The notes: generated by a model not told the origin, from the letters alone. A stretch of DNA of 64,000 bases from Halothiobacillaceae bacterium UBA5861 (GCA_002432635.1 DJFX01000012.1:112-64111); one strand, 5' to 3'. Positions 27,230 through 38,260 are shown, counted from the stretch's first letter. Program-made: numbers and translations.

Positions 27230-29899
27230 TTAATCATCGCGCAGCGAAAGCTCCATGAAGTAACAGCGATCGGTTAAGTTGGTCGTCACTTTAAATCCCA
27301 GCCGCCTCGCCAGCTTGACCATTTTGCTATTACCGTAGAGGGTCTCACCAATCACCCGCTTTTTGCCACTTTCCCGGCAGTAACGAATGACTTTTTCCAT
27401 CAACGTACGGCCCAACTGCTGGCCCTTTTGATCGCGCCGAATGATGATCGCAAACTCAGCATCCTGGTTGTCAGCACTGTTCACGACTCGCACGACACCC
27501 AGAATTTCTGGCTCACTCTCGTCGGTTTCGCCAACCGCGATAATCGCCATCTCACGGTCGTAGTCAATTTGTGTAAAGTGGGCCATATCTTCGTGATTCA
27601 ATGCCCTCACGACACGAAAAAACCGCAGATAAATATCTTCTGGATCCAGACGATTGAAGAATGCCTGGTGCATGGGCTCGTCATCCGGACGGATCGGACG
27701 GAGCAAAACCGACCGGCCATTGGGCAGTGTGATACGCTCTTCCAAATCCGCAGGATACGGGCGGATCGCCAAACGCTCCTCACCCGTTTTTGCTGTATCT
27801 TGCACCCAAATACGCGCCCCCACTACCACAGCGCCTGCGTCATCGACCACCAGCGGGTTAATATCCAGCGCGGTGACGCGAGGCAGCCCCACAACCAGCT
27901 TCGATAAGTTGAACAAAACCTGATCGAGAGCTTCCAGATTCACCGCCGGGTGCTGGCTGTCGCCCCGTAAAATCCGGTACATACGTGTTTGTCTCATTAA
28001 GTCGCGCGCCAGCTTTAAATTCAAAGGTGGCAAGGCAACCGCGATATCCGTTGCGACATCAGCGGCCAACCCACCTTGTCCAAACAAGATCACTGGCCCA
28101 AAGGCTGGGTCTTGCCGCACACCCATCACCAGTTCCAGTGCGTCCGGCCTGCGCACCATCTTTTGCACGGTATAACTGCTGATCACCGCGTCGGGAGCCT
28201 GTGCAACCACACGCTGTTCGATAGACTCAAAGGCTTGTTTCAAGCCCTTCTCACCTTCAACATTCAGTGCAATACCACCCACCCCGGTACGACTGTCAAA
28301 GCCTTCGATATTCGCTTTCACTGCGACGGGATACGTCATAACCCGGGCAGCTTCGCAACCCGCTTCAACCGTCGGCACACAACGCGTTGGTACAACCGGT
28401 AAGCCAAAAGCCGCCAATACACGGTGAGACGCCTCTTCATCCAACTGGTCTCGCCCGGCATCTAATGCTTGCTGAATCACTTGGTGGGCCTTTTTTTCAT
28501 CCGGCGTGATACGCTGCTTGTTACTTGGCGGTGTTTCCATCAAGACTTTTTGTGTCCTGCGGTAAGCTACCCGGTGCAAAAAGGCACGTACGGCTTTAAA
28601 GGGCGTGTCATAAAAAGGGATGCTATGGCGGTGGAAAACATCCCGCGCTTCGTAAATAGAATCCCCACCCATCCAGCACGTTAGCACTGGCTTCTTGGCG
28701 TGTTTGATGGTGTCACTCAGCGCCAGGGCAATATCCGTACTGGAAATACCCGCCATGGGAACATGTAACACCAGCACAGTGTCTACACCAGCATCTTCCA
28801 GCAGGGCCTCACAGGCTCGTACATAGTGCTTTGCAGTCGCCACGCCGGTGATATCCACCGGGTTCTGATGGCGCCCGGTGCGCGGAATCAGCTGATCCAA
28901 GCGCGCAATGGTCTCGGGCTCCAGGGCAGCCAGGCGTCCGCCCCGGTCCACCAGGGTGTCTGTCGCCATCACTGCCGGACCACCACCATTGCTGAGAATG
29001 GCCAACCGCTGGCCGTTGATGGGCTTGGACCAGGTTAACGTCTCTGTCGCATCAAACAATTCACTCAATGAATACACACGCAACATCCCCGCCCGAGTGA
29101 TAGCGGCATTGGCCACCTGCTCGCTATCCAGCGTCAATGACCCGGCAGCCTGAACATTGGCTTCCCGCCCGGCCTTGATGATCAGCACAGTTTTATTGCG
29201 GGATGCGGCCCGTGCGGCAGACATAAATTTGCGCGCATGCCCAAACGACTCCACATACAGCAGAATATTTCGTGTCTGGTAGTCATTAACCAGATAATCC
29301 AGCACATCGGCCACATCGATATCCACGCTGTCACCCAACGACACCACGTGAGAAAAGCCGACCTTGTTGGCATGGCCCCAATCCAAAATGGCACTGCATA
29401 AAGCACTGGATTGAGAAACAAATGCCAGCTTGCCTGGCGCCACCTTCGATAAATGCGCCGCACTGGCATTTAAACCGGTGCGAGGAGAAATAAACCCCAA
29501 ACTGTTCGGTCCCAAAATACGAATGCCTTGGCTGCGCGCCAACGCCTGCACTTCATCCTGCAAGACATTTTTATCTCCCCGGACGCGAAACCCATCACTG
29601 AGGATGACCGCCGCCTGGCAGCCTGCGCGACTGAGTGCCTGCAGTAAATCGGGTACTGTCTTCGCCGGGGTACAAATCATCGCCAGCTCGGGTACCTCGG
29701 GCATGTCAGCCACTGAGGGAACAGCAGAAACGCCTTCAATCTGTTTATGATGGGGGTTGACCGGCGTGAGCACGCCGCTGAAATCACTTTGCAAAAGGTT
29801 CTTAAAAACAATATTCCCCAGTGATCGCGAGCGGTTAGACGCACCAATCACCGCAATCGACCGGGGCTTAAACACACGGTCAAAATGTCGGATACTCAT
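27230..29899 (-). CDS. pat: Protein lysine acetyltransferase Pat/YfiQ (acyl-CoA synthetase-like domain plus GNAT)
   Basis: PRSIAVIGAS, LGPNSLG, SNGGG, DPAFGP, DINPL and RLAIRPYP, then a C-terminal GNAT domain; the catalytic His (SHTG) of the ligase is absent. Confidence 0.9.
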   Translation of the reverse strand: MSIRHFDRVFKPRSIAVIGASNRSRSLGNIVFKNLLQSDFSGVLTPVNPHHKQIEGVSAVPSVADMPEVPELAMICTPAKTVPDLLQALSRAGCQAAVILSDGFRVRGDKNVLQDEVQALARSQGIRILGPNSLGFISPRTGLNASAAHLSKVAPGKLAFVSQSSALCSAILDWGHANKVGFSHVVSLGDSVDIDVADVLDYLVNDYQTRNILLYVESFGHARKFMSAARAASRNKTVLIIKAGREANVQAAGSLTLDSEQVANAAITRAGMLRVYSLSELFDATETLTWSKPINGQRLAILSNGGGPAVMATDTLVDRGGRLAALEPETIARLDQLIPRTGRHQNPVDITGVATAKHYVRACEALLEDAGVDTVLVLHVPMAGISSTDIALALSDTIKHAKKPVLTCWMGGDSIYEARDVFHRHSIPFYDTPFKAVRAFLHRVAYRRTQKVLMETPPSNKQRITPDEKKAHQVIQQALDAGRDQLDEEASHRVLAAFGLPVVPTRCVPTVEAGCEAARVMTYPVAVKANIEGFDSRTGVGGIALNVEGEKGLKQAFESIEQRVVAQAPDAVISSYTVQKMVRRPDALELVMGVRQDPAFGPVILFGQGGLAADVATDIAVALPPLNLKLARDLMRQTRMYRILRGDSQHPAVNLEALDQVLFNLSKLVVGLPRVTALDINPLVVDDAGAVVVGARIWVQDTAKTGEERLAIRPYPADLEERITLPNGRSVLLRPIRPDDEPMHQAFFNRLDPEDIYLRFFRVVRALNHEDMAHFTQIDYDREMAIIAVGETDESEPEILGVVRVVNSADNQDAEFAIIIRRDQKGQQLGRTLMEKVIRYCRESGKKRVIGETLYGNSKMVKLARRLGFKVTTNLTDRCYFMELSLRDD

Positions 29900-30264
29900 C
29901 GCTCACCCCCTGTTGCGACTACCGTGCAGGCCAAGGCCAGCCGCGGCAGCGGCTGAGTACCTTGAAACACCATCGATGATGGTTGTGAGACACATGATAT
30001 AAAACCCATAGCCAATGCACAACGCGCAAGACAACAGCGAGAGTCAGGGAAACTCGGCCGAGCCTAAAACGTATTTTAAAGCCGCATAAAGCACCGCGAA
30101 TGGGCTTTATCAACGCAACAGATCGGTTTTGGGATATTGGTTAAAAAATTGAGCCCGTCATTGCAAAATTCCTCGGGTCATACGCTATTGCAAAACCTAT
30201 ACACTCGCCAAATGGCCTCGGCCTGTTTATTCTCTCTGTTCTTAAAGCACTCAAAGGAAGATTG

Positions 30265-30660
30265 ATGAAATTACCTGGCTTACGCCTATTTTTTCTACTG
30301 AGCTTGTTGCTGCTTACAGGTTGTGCCAACAGTAGTGATGTTCGGGATGCATTTTTCGCCCAAAAAAGTGATGTTCAGGTCCAGGGCACGGGTACGGTCG
30401 TTAAACGGCTACCGGATGATAACCACGGCTCGCGACATCAGCGGTTTATTCTTCGCATTCATCCAGATTTGACGGTTTTAATCGCCCACAATATTGATCT
30501 CGCACCCCGTATTCCGGATTTACGCGTGGGCGATGAGGTTCTGTTTTATGGTGAGTACGAGTGGAATGCCAAAGGCGGCGTTGTCCACTGGACGCATCGG
30601 GACCCTAAAAACAAACATCCGCATGGCTGGCTGCGACATCACGGGACGCAGTACGATTAA
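30265..30660 (+). CDS. DUF3465 domain lipoprotein
   Basis: LTGC lipobox; DDNHGSRHQRFI, AHNIDLAPR, GEYEWN..GG..HWTH.DP...H..GW motifs. Confidence 0.85.
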   Translation: MKLPGLRLFFLLSLLLLTGCANSSDVRDAFFAQKSDVQVQGTGTVVKRLPDDNHGSRHQRFILRIHPDLTVLIAHNIDLAPRIPDLRVGDEVLFYGEYEWNAKGGVVHWTHRDPKNKHPHGWLRHHGTQYD

Positions 30661-30888
30661 TGATCGGCCAGGCTTATTTTGTCATTGACCTATTGAGCCA
30701 CCGTCAATGCCATAAATACCCTTTTTGGGAGCTGTAATCGCGTAATAACCCACTTGGAAACTGGTATTTTTTTTGAAACCAGCTATACACTTTTTAAGTG
30801 CGACTGTTTTTATGCCCTAACCCGAGATAGCGGGAAAACTAATGGGACTTTATAAAGGATTTCAGCATCCTACAAAGGAGACATGTGA

Positions 30889-31917
30889 ATGCAAAAACCC
30901 AATATTCCCAAGGATGAGCAATTCAGGCTTCAAACACTGCATTCGCTGAGCATTCTAGATACGCCCGCTGAAAACCGTTTTGACTGCATCACACGCATGG
31001 CTAAACGCTTGTTTAATGTGCCTATCGCGCTCGTCAGCCTGGTGGATGAAAACCGCCAGTGGTTTAAATCAAGTATTGGGCTCGAAGCCTCCGAAACACC
31101 TCGGGATATCTCTTTTTGTGGGCACGCTATTTTGAGTAAAGGTATTTTTATCGTTCCTAATGCCTTGGAAGATGAACGCTTTTCTGATAACCCTTTAGTG
31201 CTTAAAGATCCCTACATCCGCTTTTATGCAGGCTACCCGTTAAAAGCGCTCAATGGCCAGCAGTTGGGAACGCTGTGCCTGATTGACCGAAAGCCGAGAA
31301 CCTTGGATGACGGAGACCTTGCTACACTAAAAGACCTAGCTTCAACCGTCGAACGAGAGCTGGCCGCCATTGAGCTGGCCACAGTGGATGAATTAACGCG
31401 AGTCTCCAATCGGCGAGGGTTCTCTCTACTGGCAAGTCACTGCCTGCGGCTTTGCACCCGCCAAAAATTGCCTGCTTCCTTGGTCTACTTTGATCTTGAC
31501 AACTTTAAACCGATCAATGACCGGTTCGGGCACGCAGAAGGCGACAAAGCCCTGGTTGCCTTTGCTGATCAATTGAAAGGCGCCTGCCGGGATTCGGATA
31601 TCCCTGTACGCTTAGGTGGCGATGAATTTGCCTTGCTGTTAATCAATACAACTCTGGACATCGCCGAAGGTTTTATCAGTCGCTTCAAAGAGTCAGTAGA
31701 CACCTACAACGAATCCGTCAATCGTGGATACGATATTCTTTTTTCACATGGCATCGTCGCGTTTGATCATCAAAAACCCTCAACCATCCAGGAAATGCTC
31801 ACAGAAGGTGATGCAGAAATGTATCGACGGAAACAATTGAGAAAAAACCATTCGACGTGTGAGTCAACACAACCTGGCAATAAAGCCAGCGCTCATCATA
31901 TACAGCCCTTTATCTAA
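30889..31917 (+). CDS. GAF-GGDEF diguanylate cyclase
   Basis: ILDTPAENRFD, RQWFKS, SFCGHAI and IRFYAG (GAF); DELT..NRRGF, RDSD and RLGGDEF. Confidence 0.93.
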   Translation: MQKPNIPKDEQFRLQTLHSLSILDTPAENRFDCITRMAKRLFNVPIALVSLVDENRQWFKSSIGLEASETPRDISFCGHAILSKGIFIVPNALEDERFSDNPLVLKDPYIRFYAGYPLKALNGQQLGTLCLIDRKPRTLDDGDLATLKDLASTVERELAAIELATVDELTRVSNRRGFSLLASHCLRLCTRQKLPASLVYFDLDNFKPINDRFGHAEGDKALVAFADQLKGACRDSDIPVRLGGDEFALLLINTTLDIAEGFISRFKESVDTYNESVNRGYDILFSHGIVAFDHQKPSTIQEMLTEGDAEMYRRKQLRKNHSTCESTQPGNKASAHHIQPFI

Positions 31918-31980
31918 GCCTCTGGCCAATACTGTACACAACACCCGGCACACTCAAAAAGAAGGCCTCCCAAAGCGACA

Positions 31981-31998
31981 CTGACAGAGTGCTGTCAG
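31981..31998. promoter_or_regulatory. Perfect inverted repeat operator CTGACAG-N4-CTGTCAG
   Basis: Seen 28 bp upstream of the ORF at 32027; resembles the TGACA-N6-TGTCA boxes associated with YafY/WYL regulators. Confidence 0.55.
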
Positions 31999-32026
31999 AT
32001 CACACCCTCATACTTGTGCTTTCAAT

Positions 32027-32365
32027 ATGAATGAGGAGTACAGCATGATCTTACGTGGAACAACAGCTGATTTTAGAGGTGTTGAACTTGCTTTTTTTCG
32101 TCTGAAAAACGACGTGAGCGAAGCGCAGCTACTCGCCTTTTCTGAACGAGTAGATAATATGTTCCTAGCGAATCAGGAGGGGCTATTGGCCCGCTTCTTG
32201 TTGCGAGGGAACGCCGGCCATTATGCAGACGTGACCTTTGCAACAACACAAACCAGGGCTGAAGAAATCTGCCAATTATGGCTGAGTCATGTGGCAGCAA
32301 AAGCATACTTGACATTGCTGGATGAGTGCTCTGTGGATATGTCTTTTTGGACCAGAATCGGTTAA
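32027..32365 (+). CDS. Small hypothetical protein, possibly a dimeric alpha/beta-barrel (ABM-like) fold
   Basis: ELAFFRLK..VSEAQLL...FLA.QEG pattern; alternative start at ATG 32045 after GAGGAG. Confidence 0.6.
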   Translation: MNEEYSMILRGTTADFRGVELAFFRLKNDVSEAQLLAFSERVDNMFLANQEGLLARFLLRGNAGHYADVTFATTQTRAEEICQLWLSHVAAKAYLTLLDECSVDMSFWTRIG

Positions 32366-32587
32366 CGCTGTCCGACAAAATATGATCGGGCTCTGGTGGT
32401 GGCCCGACCATGACGGCGCTGAAAACAACGGACCTCTTCCGCTGACGCGTTACCACCATTCGCACAGCACTGCTGCGTCACAGCCGAGCAGGCAGGTGGT
32501 ATTTCTCTATGATCCTCATCACGCTTGAAAGCACATAAAAACTACTTCATGCTGTTCGCACATAATGATAAAAACCGTGTGAGCAAA

Positions 32588-33520
32588 ATGGATAAAAACA
32601 CACTCAAAGCGGTGTTGTTATTGGTTATCGCTACCATGTGCTGGGGAGGGAATATCACTCTGGGCCGAGCCATCAGCGCCGATGTACCGCCCTTTGGACT
32701 TACCTTTTGGCGCTGGACAATCGTAACTACTCTGTTGATCGCATTCAATTTTGCTCTCTTTCGCCGCCAGCGGCACCTTTTACGAGCGCATTGGAAGCTG
32801 ATTGCCCTGGTCGCGCTGACGGGCGTGTGCATCTACCCCGCCTTTCAGTTTTATGCGTTGCGAAATACTTCGGCCATTAATGCCGCACTCTTTGTCGCCA
32901 TTTCACCCGTGATTGTGCCTATTCTTGCAACATGGCTCTTGGGCACTAAAGTACGTGCGCTGGAGATTTTTGGAATCGCCATTTCCACGGTTGGTATCTT
33001 GGTGGTCATTTGCCGGGGTGATTTACAAACGCTGTTGAAACTGAGCTTTTCCTGGGGCGATTTGCTTATGCTTTTTTGCACATTTTGCTGGTCCGCCTAC
33101 ACCGTTTTGCTTAAGCGCGTACCGGCTGACATAGCACCCATGATGCTGTTTGCCTCCACTACAGCACTGGCCGCACTGTTCGTGCTGCCACTGTATACGT
33201 GGGAAGCAACGTTTGTCCGACCAATCACACTGAGTGGGTTAACCCTTTTTTCACTGGGCTATACCACCATCTTTGCTTCGTTGATCGGTTATTTCTGCTT
33301 TGGACTTGGCGTGAAAGCGTTGGGCCCCAATACCAGCGGGCTGTTCATCCATCTGATTCCCATATTCACAACAATCTTTGCAATTGTCTTGCTGGGCGAA
33401 TCATTGCATACCTTCCATCTTTTCGGGGTCGCGGCCATTGCCAGCGGGCTGGTATTGTCAACCTGGGCGGCCCAGCGCTCAGTACAGGCGCCCACTACTC
33501 AGCCTGTGGAACAAAAGTAG
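32588..33520 (+). CDS. DMT/EamA family transporter
   Basis: CWGGN, PP..LTFWRW, TSAINAAL, GDLLML, WSAYT and LGE motifs; about 10 TM segments. Confidence 0.92.
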   Translation: MDKNTLKAVLLLVIATMCWGGNITLGRAISADVPPFGLTFWRWTIVTTLLIAFNFALFRRQRHLLRAHWKLIALVALTGVCIYPAFQFYALRNTSAINAALFVAISPVIVPILATWLLGTKVRALEIFGIAISTVGILVVICRGDLQTLLKLSFSWGDLLMLFCTFCWSAYTVLLKRVPADIAPMMLFASTTALAALFVLPLYTWEATFVRPITLSGLTLFSLGYTTIFASLIGYFCFGLGVKALGPNTSGLFIHLIPIFTTIFAIVLLGESLHTFHLFGVAAIASGLVLSTWAAQRSVQAPTTQPVEQK

Positions 33521-33551
33521 CCCGATTAAATCAACCGGGCTAAGAAAAGCA

Positions 33552-34382
33552 CTAGTGAGACATTAAGACAGGAATGGTCATTTGATGCAGCAGCGAGCGG
33601 GTTGCTCCACCCATGATTAACTCTCGTAACCGGGAGTGCCCGTAAGCCCCCATAATAACCAAGTCTGCGCTCATATCAGAGGCGTGAGACAGCAGCGTAT
33701 CCCCAATATTGATATTCACACCCTCCATTGCAGAAGCGGTAGCATTAACCCCATGCCGGGCTAAATGATGGGCGATGTCCACGCCAGGAATTTGGTTATC
33801 ACTGTTTCCATCTGTTTTGATATTGACAGTAACGACTTCAACCTTATCCGCTTTTTGCAAAATAGGCAGCGCATCGTTCACGGCACGTACTGCCTCTCTG
33901 GCGCCATTCCAAGCAACCATAACGCGCTTACCCAGTGTTTCCTGAGGGCCAATGAAAGGCACCAGCAGGACAGGCCGTCCACAGCGAAGGATGACATCAT
34001 CCGGGGCAAAGTCGCTGTCGTTTGAATCCCGCTCATCGTGTTGTCCAAGCACCATCAAGTCCGTGTAACGTGCGTGAATGCAAAGGTTTGTCACAAAGTC
34101 ACCTTCGGAAACGCGCCATTCGCTCCGGAGACCTTCCCGGTCAACCGTTTCCTGAAAAATTTTACCGGCTTTTTTAGCCTGTTCGGCTGCTGCTTCTGCT
34201 TCTTTTTTTCGGATATCGAAGGGGATTTCAGCTGCCGCATAACGAGGCAAATAGGCAGGAGGAATATTATAAACGCCGGTTATGTGCGCTTGATGTGTCT
34301 GCGCCAGCGCAATTGCTGCTTTAAGACGCTTTTGACAACTATTGCTGTTATCAATATGTACGATGATATCTTGAAGAGCCAT
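33552..34382 (-). CDS. Tandem-domain universal stress protein
   Basis: IIVHID, DLMVLGQ, GRPVLLVP, AWNGAREAVRA and MGAYGHSRLRE..GGAT motifs. Confidence 0.93.
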   Translation of the reverse strand: MALQDIIVHIDNSNSCQKRLKAAIALAQTHQAHITGVYNIPPAYLPRYAAAEIPFDIRKKEAEAAAEQAKKAGKIFQETVDREGLRSEWRVSEGDFVTNLCIHARYTDLMVLGQHDERDSNDSDFAPDDVILRCGRPVLLVPFIGPQETLGKRVMVAWNGAREAVRAVNDALPILQKADKVEVVTVNIKTDGNSDNQIPGVDIAHHLARHGVNATASAMEGVNINIGDTLLSHASDMSADLVIMGAYGHSRLRELIMGGATRSLLHQMTIPVLMSH

Positions 34383-34519
34383 ACTCACCTCACTGAATGT
34401 TTATTAACATTTATGGTTACTGGAACGTGCATACAATGTGTTTAAGGTTTGTTCGCACTTGTACTTGGTACCTTCTATAAAAGACGGTTTTAATACTACC
34501 CACCTGGCCGACATGCCTT

Positions 34520-34574
34520 TTGATTTACATCATAAAAGCATATAAACCGGGCGATAAAAATTGATCCACATCAG
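34520..34574. promoter_or_regulatory. Two FNR/Anr-like boxes upstream of the usp gene
   Basis: TTGAT-TTAC-ATCAT (34520-34533) and TTGAT-CCAC-ATCAG (34561-34574), each 9/10 to TTGAT-N4-ATCAA. Confidence 0.7.
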
Positions 34575-34612
34575 CGTCTGCTCAGATAGCGCCCGCTGGC
34601 GTGCGGCGCCGT

Positions 34613-35761
34613 TTAAAATCGACCTAACACCTCTCGAGCAATGACAAGTCGGTTGATCTGGCTGGTCCCTTCACCTATTTGATACATTTTTGCGTCTCTC
34701 ATATAACGCTCGACCGGGTAGGCGCGCATGTAACCGTACCCTCCCAAGAGTTCCACTGCCTGGCTGGTGGCACGAATGGATGCTTCTGCTGCAAAATATT
34801 TTGCCATGGCGCCCGCTTTTTTGACCGATTCACCAGCGTCATACAATCGGGCAGCGTGTAACGTCATCACTCGAGCAATTTCGATCTCTGTCGCCATGTC
34901 GGCAATGGGAAACTGCACACCCTGAAAAGCGGCAATCGGCTGCCCAAACTGCTCGCGCGTTTTCACATAGGGAATACAGGCATCCAGCGCCGCTTGACCT
35001 AAACCGGTCGACAAAGCGGCTACATTCACTCGCCCTCGATCTAATGCCTTGGCAAACTGGCGGAAGCCTTGACCTTCTTTACCCAATAGGTTTTCTGCCG
35101 GAACGGCAAGCTCATCAAAGGTTAATGTAGCGGTGGGCGAACCATGCATCCCCATTTTTTCATTGTCCGGACCCACGCTGAATCCCGGCATATCCCGCTC
35201 TAAAATGAACGCAGAAACCCCCGTTGAGGTGTCTCCCGGCTGGGTACGTGCGGTAATAACAAACGTATCCGCAACGGTACTATTCGTGATGAAACACTTG
35301 GCGCCATTAATAATGTAATGGTCGCCACGCTTTTCCGCCCGAGTGCGGCAGGCAGCGGCATTGGAGCCTCCACCGGGCTCGGTCAAGCCAAAAGCCCCGA
35401 TGGCCTGACCACTTGCCAATGGTTTCAGATAGCGTTCCCGCTGTGCATCAGTACCGTGTTCGGCCAACACAGTGGCCACCAGGCTGATGTGTGCATTCAA
35501 GGAGCTGCCTACAGCGCCGGAGGCACGTGAAACTTCTTCCAGCAATAGGCAAACCATCACGGCATCACAACCGGATCCCCCCCACATTTCAGGTGTCGTC
35601 GCGCCTAAAAAGCCGAGTTCACCCATCTCGGCAAACAGCTCGGCAGGAAACGCCGCTGTTCGGTCTATTTGCTCCGCCTGAGGCTGGATTCGCTCTTCAG
35701 CAAATCGCCGCACATTGTTTTGGAACGCTTGTTGGTCTTCTGTTAAAAAGTGGGCATTCAT
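34613..35761 (-). CDS. Acyl-CoA dehydrogenase
   Basis: [32 protein letters not shown] and YQIGEGT motifs. Confidence 0.95.
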   Translation of the reverse strand: MNAHFLTEDQQAFQNNVRRFAEERIQPQAEQIDRTAAFPAELFAEMGELGFLGATTPEMWGGSGCDAVMVCLLLEEVSRASGAVGSSLNAHISLVATVLAEHGTDAQRERYLKPLASGQAIGAFGLTEPGGGSNAAACRTRAEKRGDHYIINGAKCFITNSTVADTFVITARTQPGDTSTGVSAFILERDMPGFSVGPDNEKMGMHGSPTATLTFDELAVPAENLLGKEGQGFRQFAKALDRGRVNVAALSTGLGQAALDACIPYVKTREQFGQPIAAFQGVQFPIADMATEIEIARVMTLHAARLYDAGESVKKAGAMAKYFAAEASIRATSQAVELLGGYGYMRAYPVERYMRDAKMYQIGEGTSQINRLVIAREVLGRF

Positions 35762-35785
35762 CTTTTTTGTTCTCTGTTATTTGGC

Positions 35786-37372
35786 TTAGGCATCCACTAA
35801 CTCCATGTGCTTTTGACCAGGTTCTTTTTGTTGTTGAAGAGCCAGTTCCCGCAATTTGAACCGCTGTATTTTGCCCGAAGCGGTCAGCGGTATTTCAGGA
35901 ATCACGACGACTTCCCGGGGGACTTTGAAGCGCGCCAGATGCTGGTCGCAGTAATGAATGACATCACTGGGATCTAAATGCTGGCCAGGGCGGAGTTCAA
36001 CAAAAGCGAAGACTTGCTCTCCACGTATCTCATCTTTTATCCCGACAACAGCAACTGACTGGACGCTTTCCAGCTCCATAATGAGGCTTTCTACTTCCTT
36101 GGGATATACATTAAAGCCATTGGTCACGATCATGTCTTTGGTTCGATCAAGAATGTGGATATTGCCTTTTTCGTCCCAATAGCCATAGTCCCCGGAGTGC
36201 AGCCAGCCACCGGCAAGCGCCTCCGCCGTTTGTTCGGGTTTATTCCAGTAGCCCAACATAAAGGTGGGGGATTTGAACAACAGCTCTCCCGGTTCACCTC
36301 TGGGAACGGGCTTACCCTCACTGTCCACCACTTTAACATCGAAGCCCGGCAAGGGCGGTCCACAGGAGCTACTTTCCGGGTCATCGTTTAAAGACTGGAC
36401 GCTGGCAACCGGGGAGATCTCCGTCATGCCATAGCTTTCACACACCGTAGCACCCAGTGTTTTTTTCAGGTCACTTTTCAGCCGAGGTGAAACCGGCCCA
36501 CCTCCGACATCCATTAGCCGGAGTGAGTCCAATCGACGCGCTTCAATGAAATCAGGAGCAAACAAACGCGCGAACATGACCGGTACACCGGCGAGAAACG
36601 TCACTTGGTAACGCTCAATGGCATCCAGCGCATCTGTTTCCGAGAAGGTCGGCAAAATCACGACCGAGGCCCTGAGCAAACCCATCTGTAAAAAGTCAAA
36701 CGCAAACCCGAAACTACTGAACATGGGCAGCAACGTCAACGAACGATCGCTACGATTTAAACCTAATGCCTGGGAAGCCAGCAAAGCATTGTCGATCAGC
36801 GCCTGGTGGCTTAACAAAATACCTTTAGGTTCGCCCGTCGTACCCGAGCTATAAATCATAACCGCCGGATCCTGAGGCCTGCCTTGATTGACCGGATGCA
36901 TACAGGGGGCCGATTGCATGAGCAGGTCATAATTCAACCAACCTGCAACACCAGTATTCTCTGGCAGGTGAGTGACAACGCGTACTTGAACACTGGCGGG
37001 TAGCACATTACCTATCATGCGGTCGAGATAAAGGTTGCTACAAATAAGTGCTCGCGGCTCACAATCAGCAAATAGTTTTTGCAGTTCTCGGGATTTACTG
37101 TGCGTATTGACAGCAACGGTGATGGCGCCCAAAAGGCCACAGGCAATATACAGCTCATAGACTTCGCGCGCGTTATAGAGAAAACTGGCCACACGGTCAC
37201 CAGGCCCTACTCCCCGCTTTTGTAGCGCGCCCGCCAGGCACCGGGCCCGGTAATACGTTTCCGCATAGCTGACTCGCGTCCCTTGCCCTGCCAAGAGCAA
37301 ATGCGTGACATCGGGAGAGTCATAAGCCGCCTCGGCAAAGACCTTTTCAATGCGTTTATCTTTCTCCTCCAC
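35786..37372 (-). CDS. AMP-forming acyl-CoA ligase
   Basis: YSSGTTGEPKG, ESYGMTE, GWLHSGD and PLTASGKI motifs. Confidence 0.93.
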   Translation of the reverse strand: MEEKDKRIEKVFAEAAYDSPDVTHLLLAGQGTRVSYAETYYRARCLAGALQKRGVGPGDRVASFLYNAREVYELYIACGLLGAITVAVNTHSKSRELQKLFADCEPRALICSNLYLDRMIGNVLPASVQVRVVTHLPENTGVAGWLNYDLLMQSAPCMHPVNQGRPQDPAVMIYSSGTTGEPKGILLSHQALIDNALLASQALGLNRSDRSLTLLPMFSSFGFAFDFLQMGLLRASVVILPTFSETDALDAIERYQVTFLAGVPVMFARLFAPDFIEARRLDSLRLMDVGGGPVSPRLKSDLKKTLGATVCESYGMTEISPVASVQSLNDDPESSSCGPPLPGFDVKVVDSEGKPVPRGEPGELLFKSPTFMLGYWNKPEQTAEALAGGWLHSGDYGYWDEKGNIHILDRTKDMIVTNGFNVYPKEVESLIMELESVQSVAVVGIKDEIRGEQVFAFVELRPGQHLDPSDVIHYCDQHLARFKVPREVVVIPEIPLTASGKIQRFKLRELALQQQKEPGQKHMELVDA

Positions 37373-37416
37373 GTTCTTACCCTCCGTCTGGTTTTATTTC
37401 AAAAGGGCCAGATTAA

Positions 37417-38160
37417 TTACACGGACATCAATTGCCCGCCATCTGCAACCAGCGTCTGGCCTGTAATAAATGAGGCTTTGGGGGAAGCAAGGAATACCAC
37501 AAAATCAGCTATTTCCTGAGGCTGCGCCAAGCGCTTCAGTGGGATGCGCCCCAGAATGAGCTTTTCAAGCTCGGGCGTCATAGCCACCGCGTCGAGCATG
37601 TCCGTCTTCACATAGCCTGGTGCAACACACACAACCCGAATGTGGTCCCGGGCCCACTCCCGGGCCAGCGAGCGTGTCAACCCCTCAATCGCGGCTTTGG
37701 ATGTGCAGTAAGGTGCGTTATAAGGTACACCAAGGGAACCGTAGACAGAGCCGATATTGACAATCACACCCTCGCCACTCTGACAAAGAAAAGGGTACGC
37801 TGCACGAGACAATGTGTAGTAAGCCACCAGATTGACATCCATAATCTGACGAAACTGGTCGGGAGTGATATCGGCCACTTTCGCCTCATGCGTGATGCCA
37901 GCGTTGTTGATAACCGCATCAACCCGGCCATGTTCCGCAAAGGCTTCCTGAGCAAAATGTTCAAGGGCCGCATCATCACCGGCATCTCCAACATGCACTG
38001 TAGCTCGCCGGCCTTCTGCGACAATCATTTCAGCCGTTTCTTCCAGCATTTCCCGGCGACGGGCAAAACAGGCGATATCATAGCCCGATTTAGCCAGCGC
38101 CACTGCAATCGACCGGCCGATATTCCGGCTACTTCCAGTCACCCAAGCGACTTTCTGCAT
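37417..38160 (-). CDS. SDR oxidoreductase (FabG-like)
   Basis: TGSSRNIG, NNAG, YCTSK (YxxxK) and ITGQTLVADGG motifs. Confidence 0.93.
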   Translation of the reverse strand: MQKVAWVTGSSRNIGRSIAVALAKSGYDIACFARRREMLEETAEMIVAEGRRATVHVGDAGDDAALEHFAQEAFAEHGRVDAVINNAGITHEAKVADITPDQFRQIMDVNLVAYYTLSRAAYPFLCQSGEGVIVNIGSVYGSLGVPYNAPYCTSKAAIEGLTRSLAREWARDHIRVVCVAPGYVKTDMLDAVAMTPELEKLILGRIPLKRLAQPQEIADFVVFLASPKASFITGQTLVADGGQLMSV

Positions 38161-38260
38161 ACTACCAACTCCTAACCCAGTTTTTCTGATAGGCTAACGC
38201 CATTTCTTATTTTTATTAATAAGCATTATTAAGCAAAGTAAAGAATATTCAAAGTCTTAT

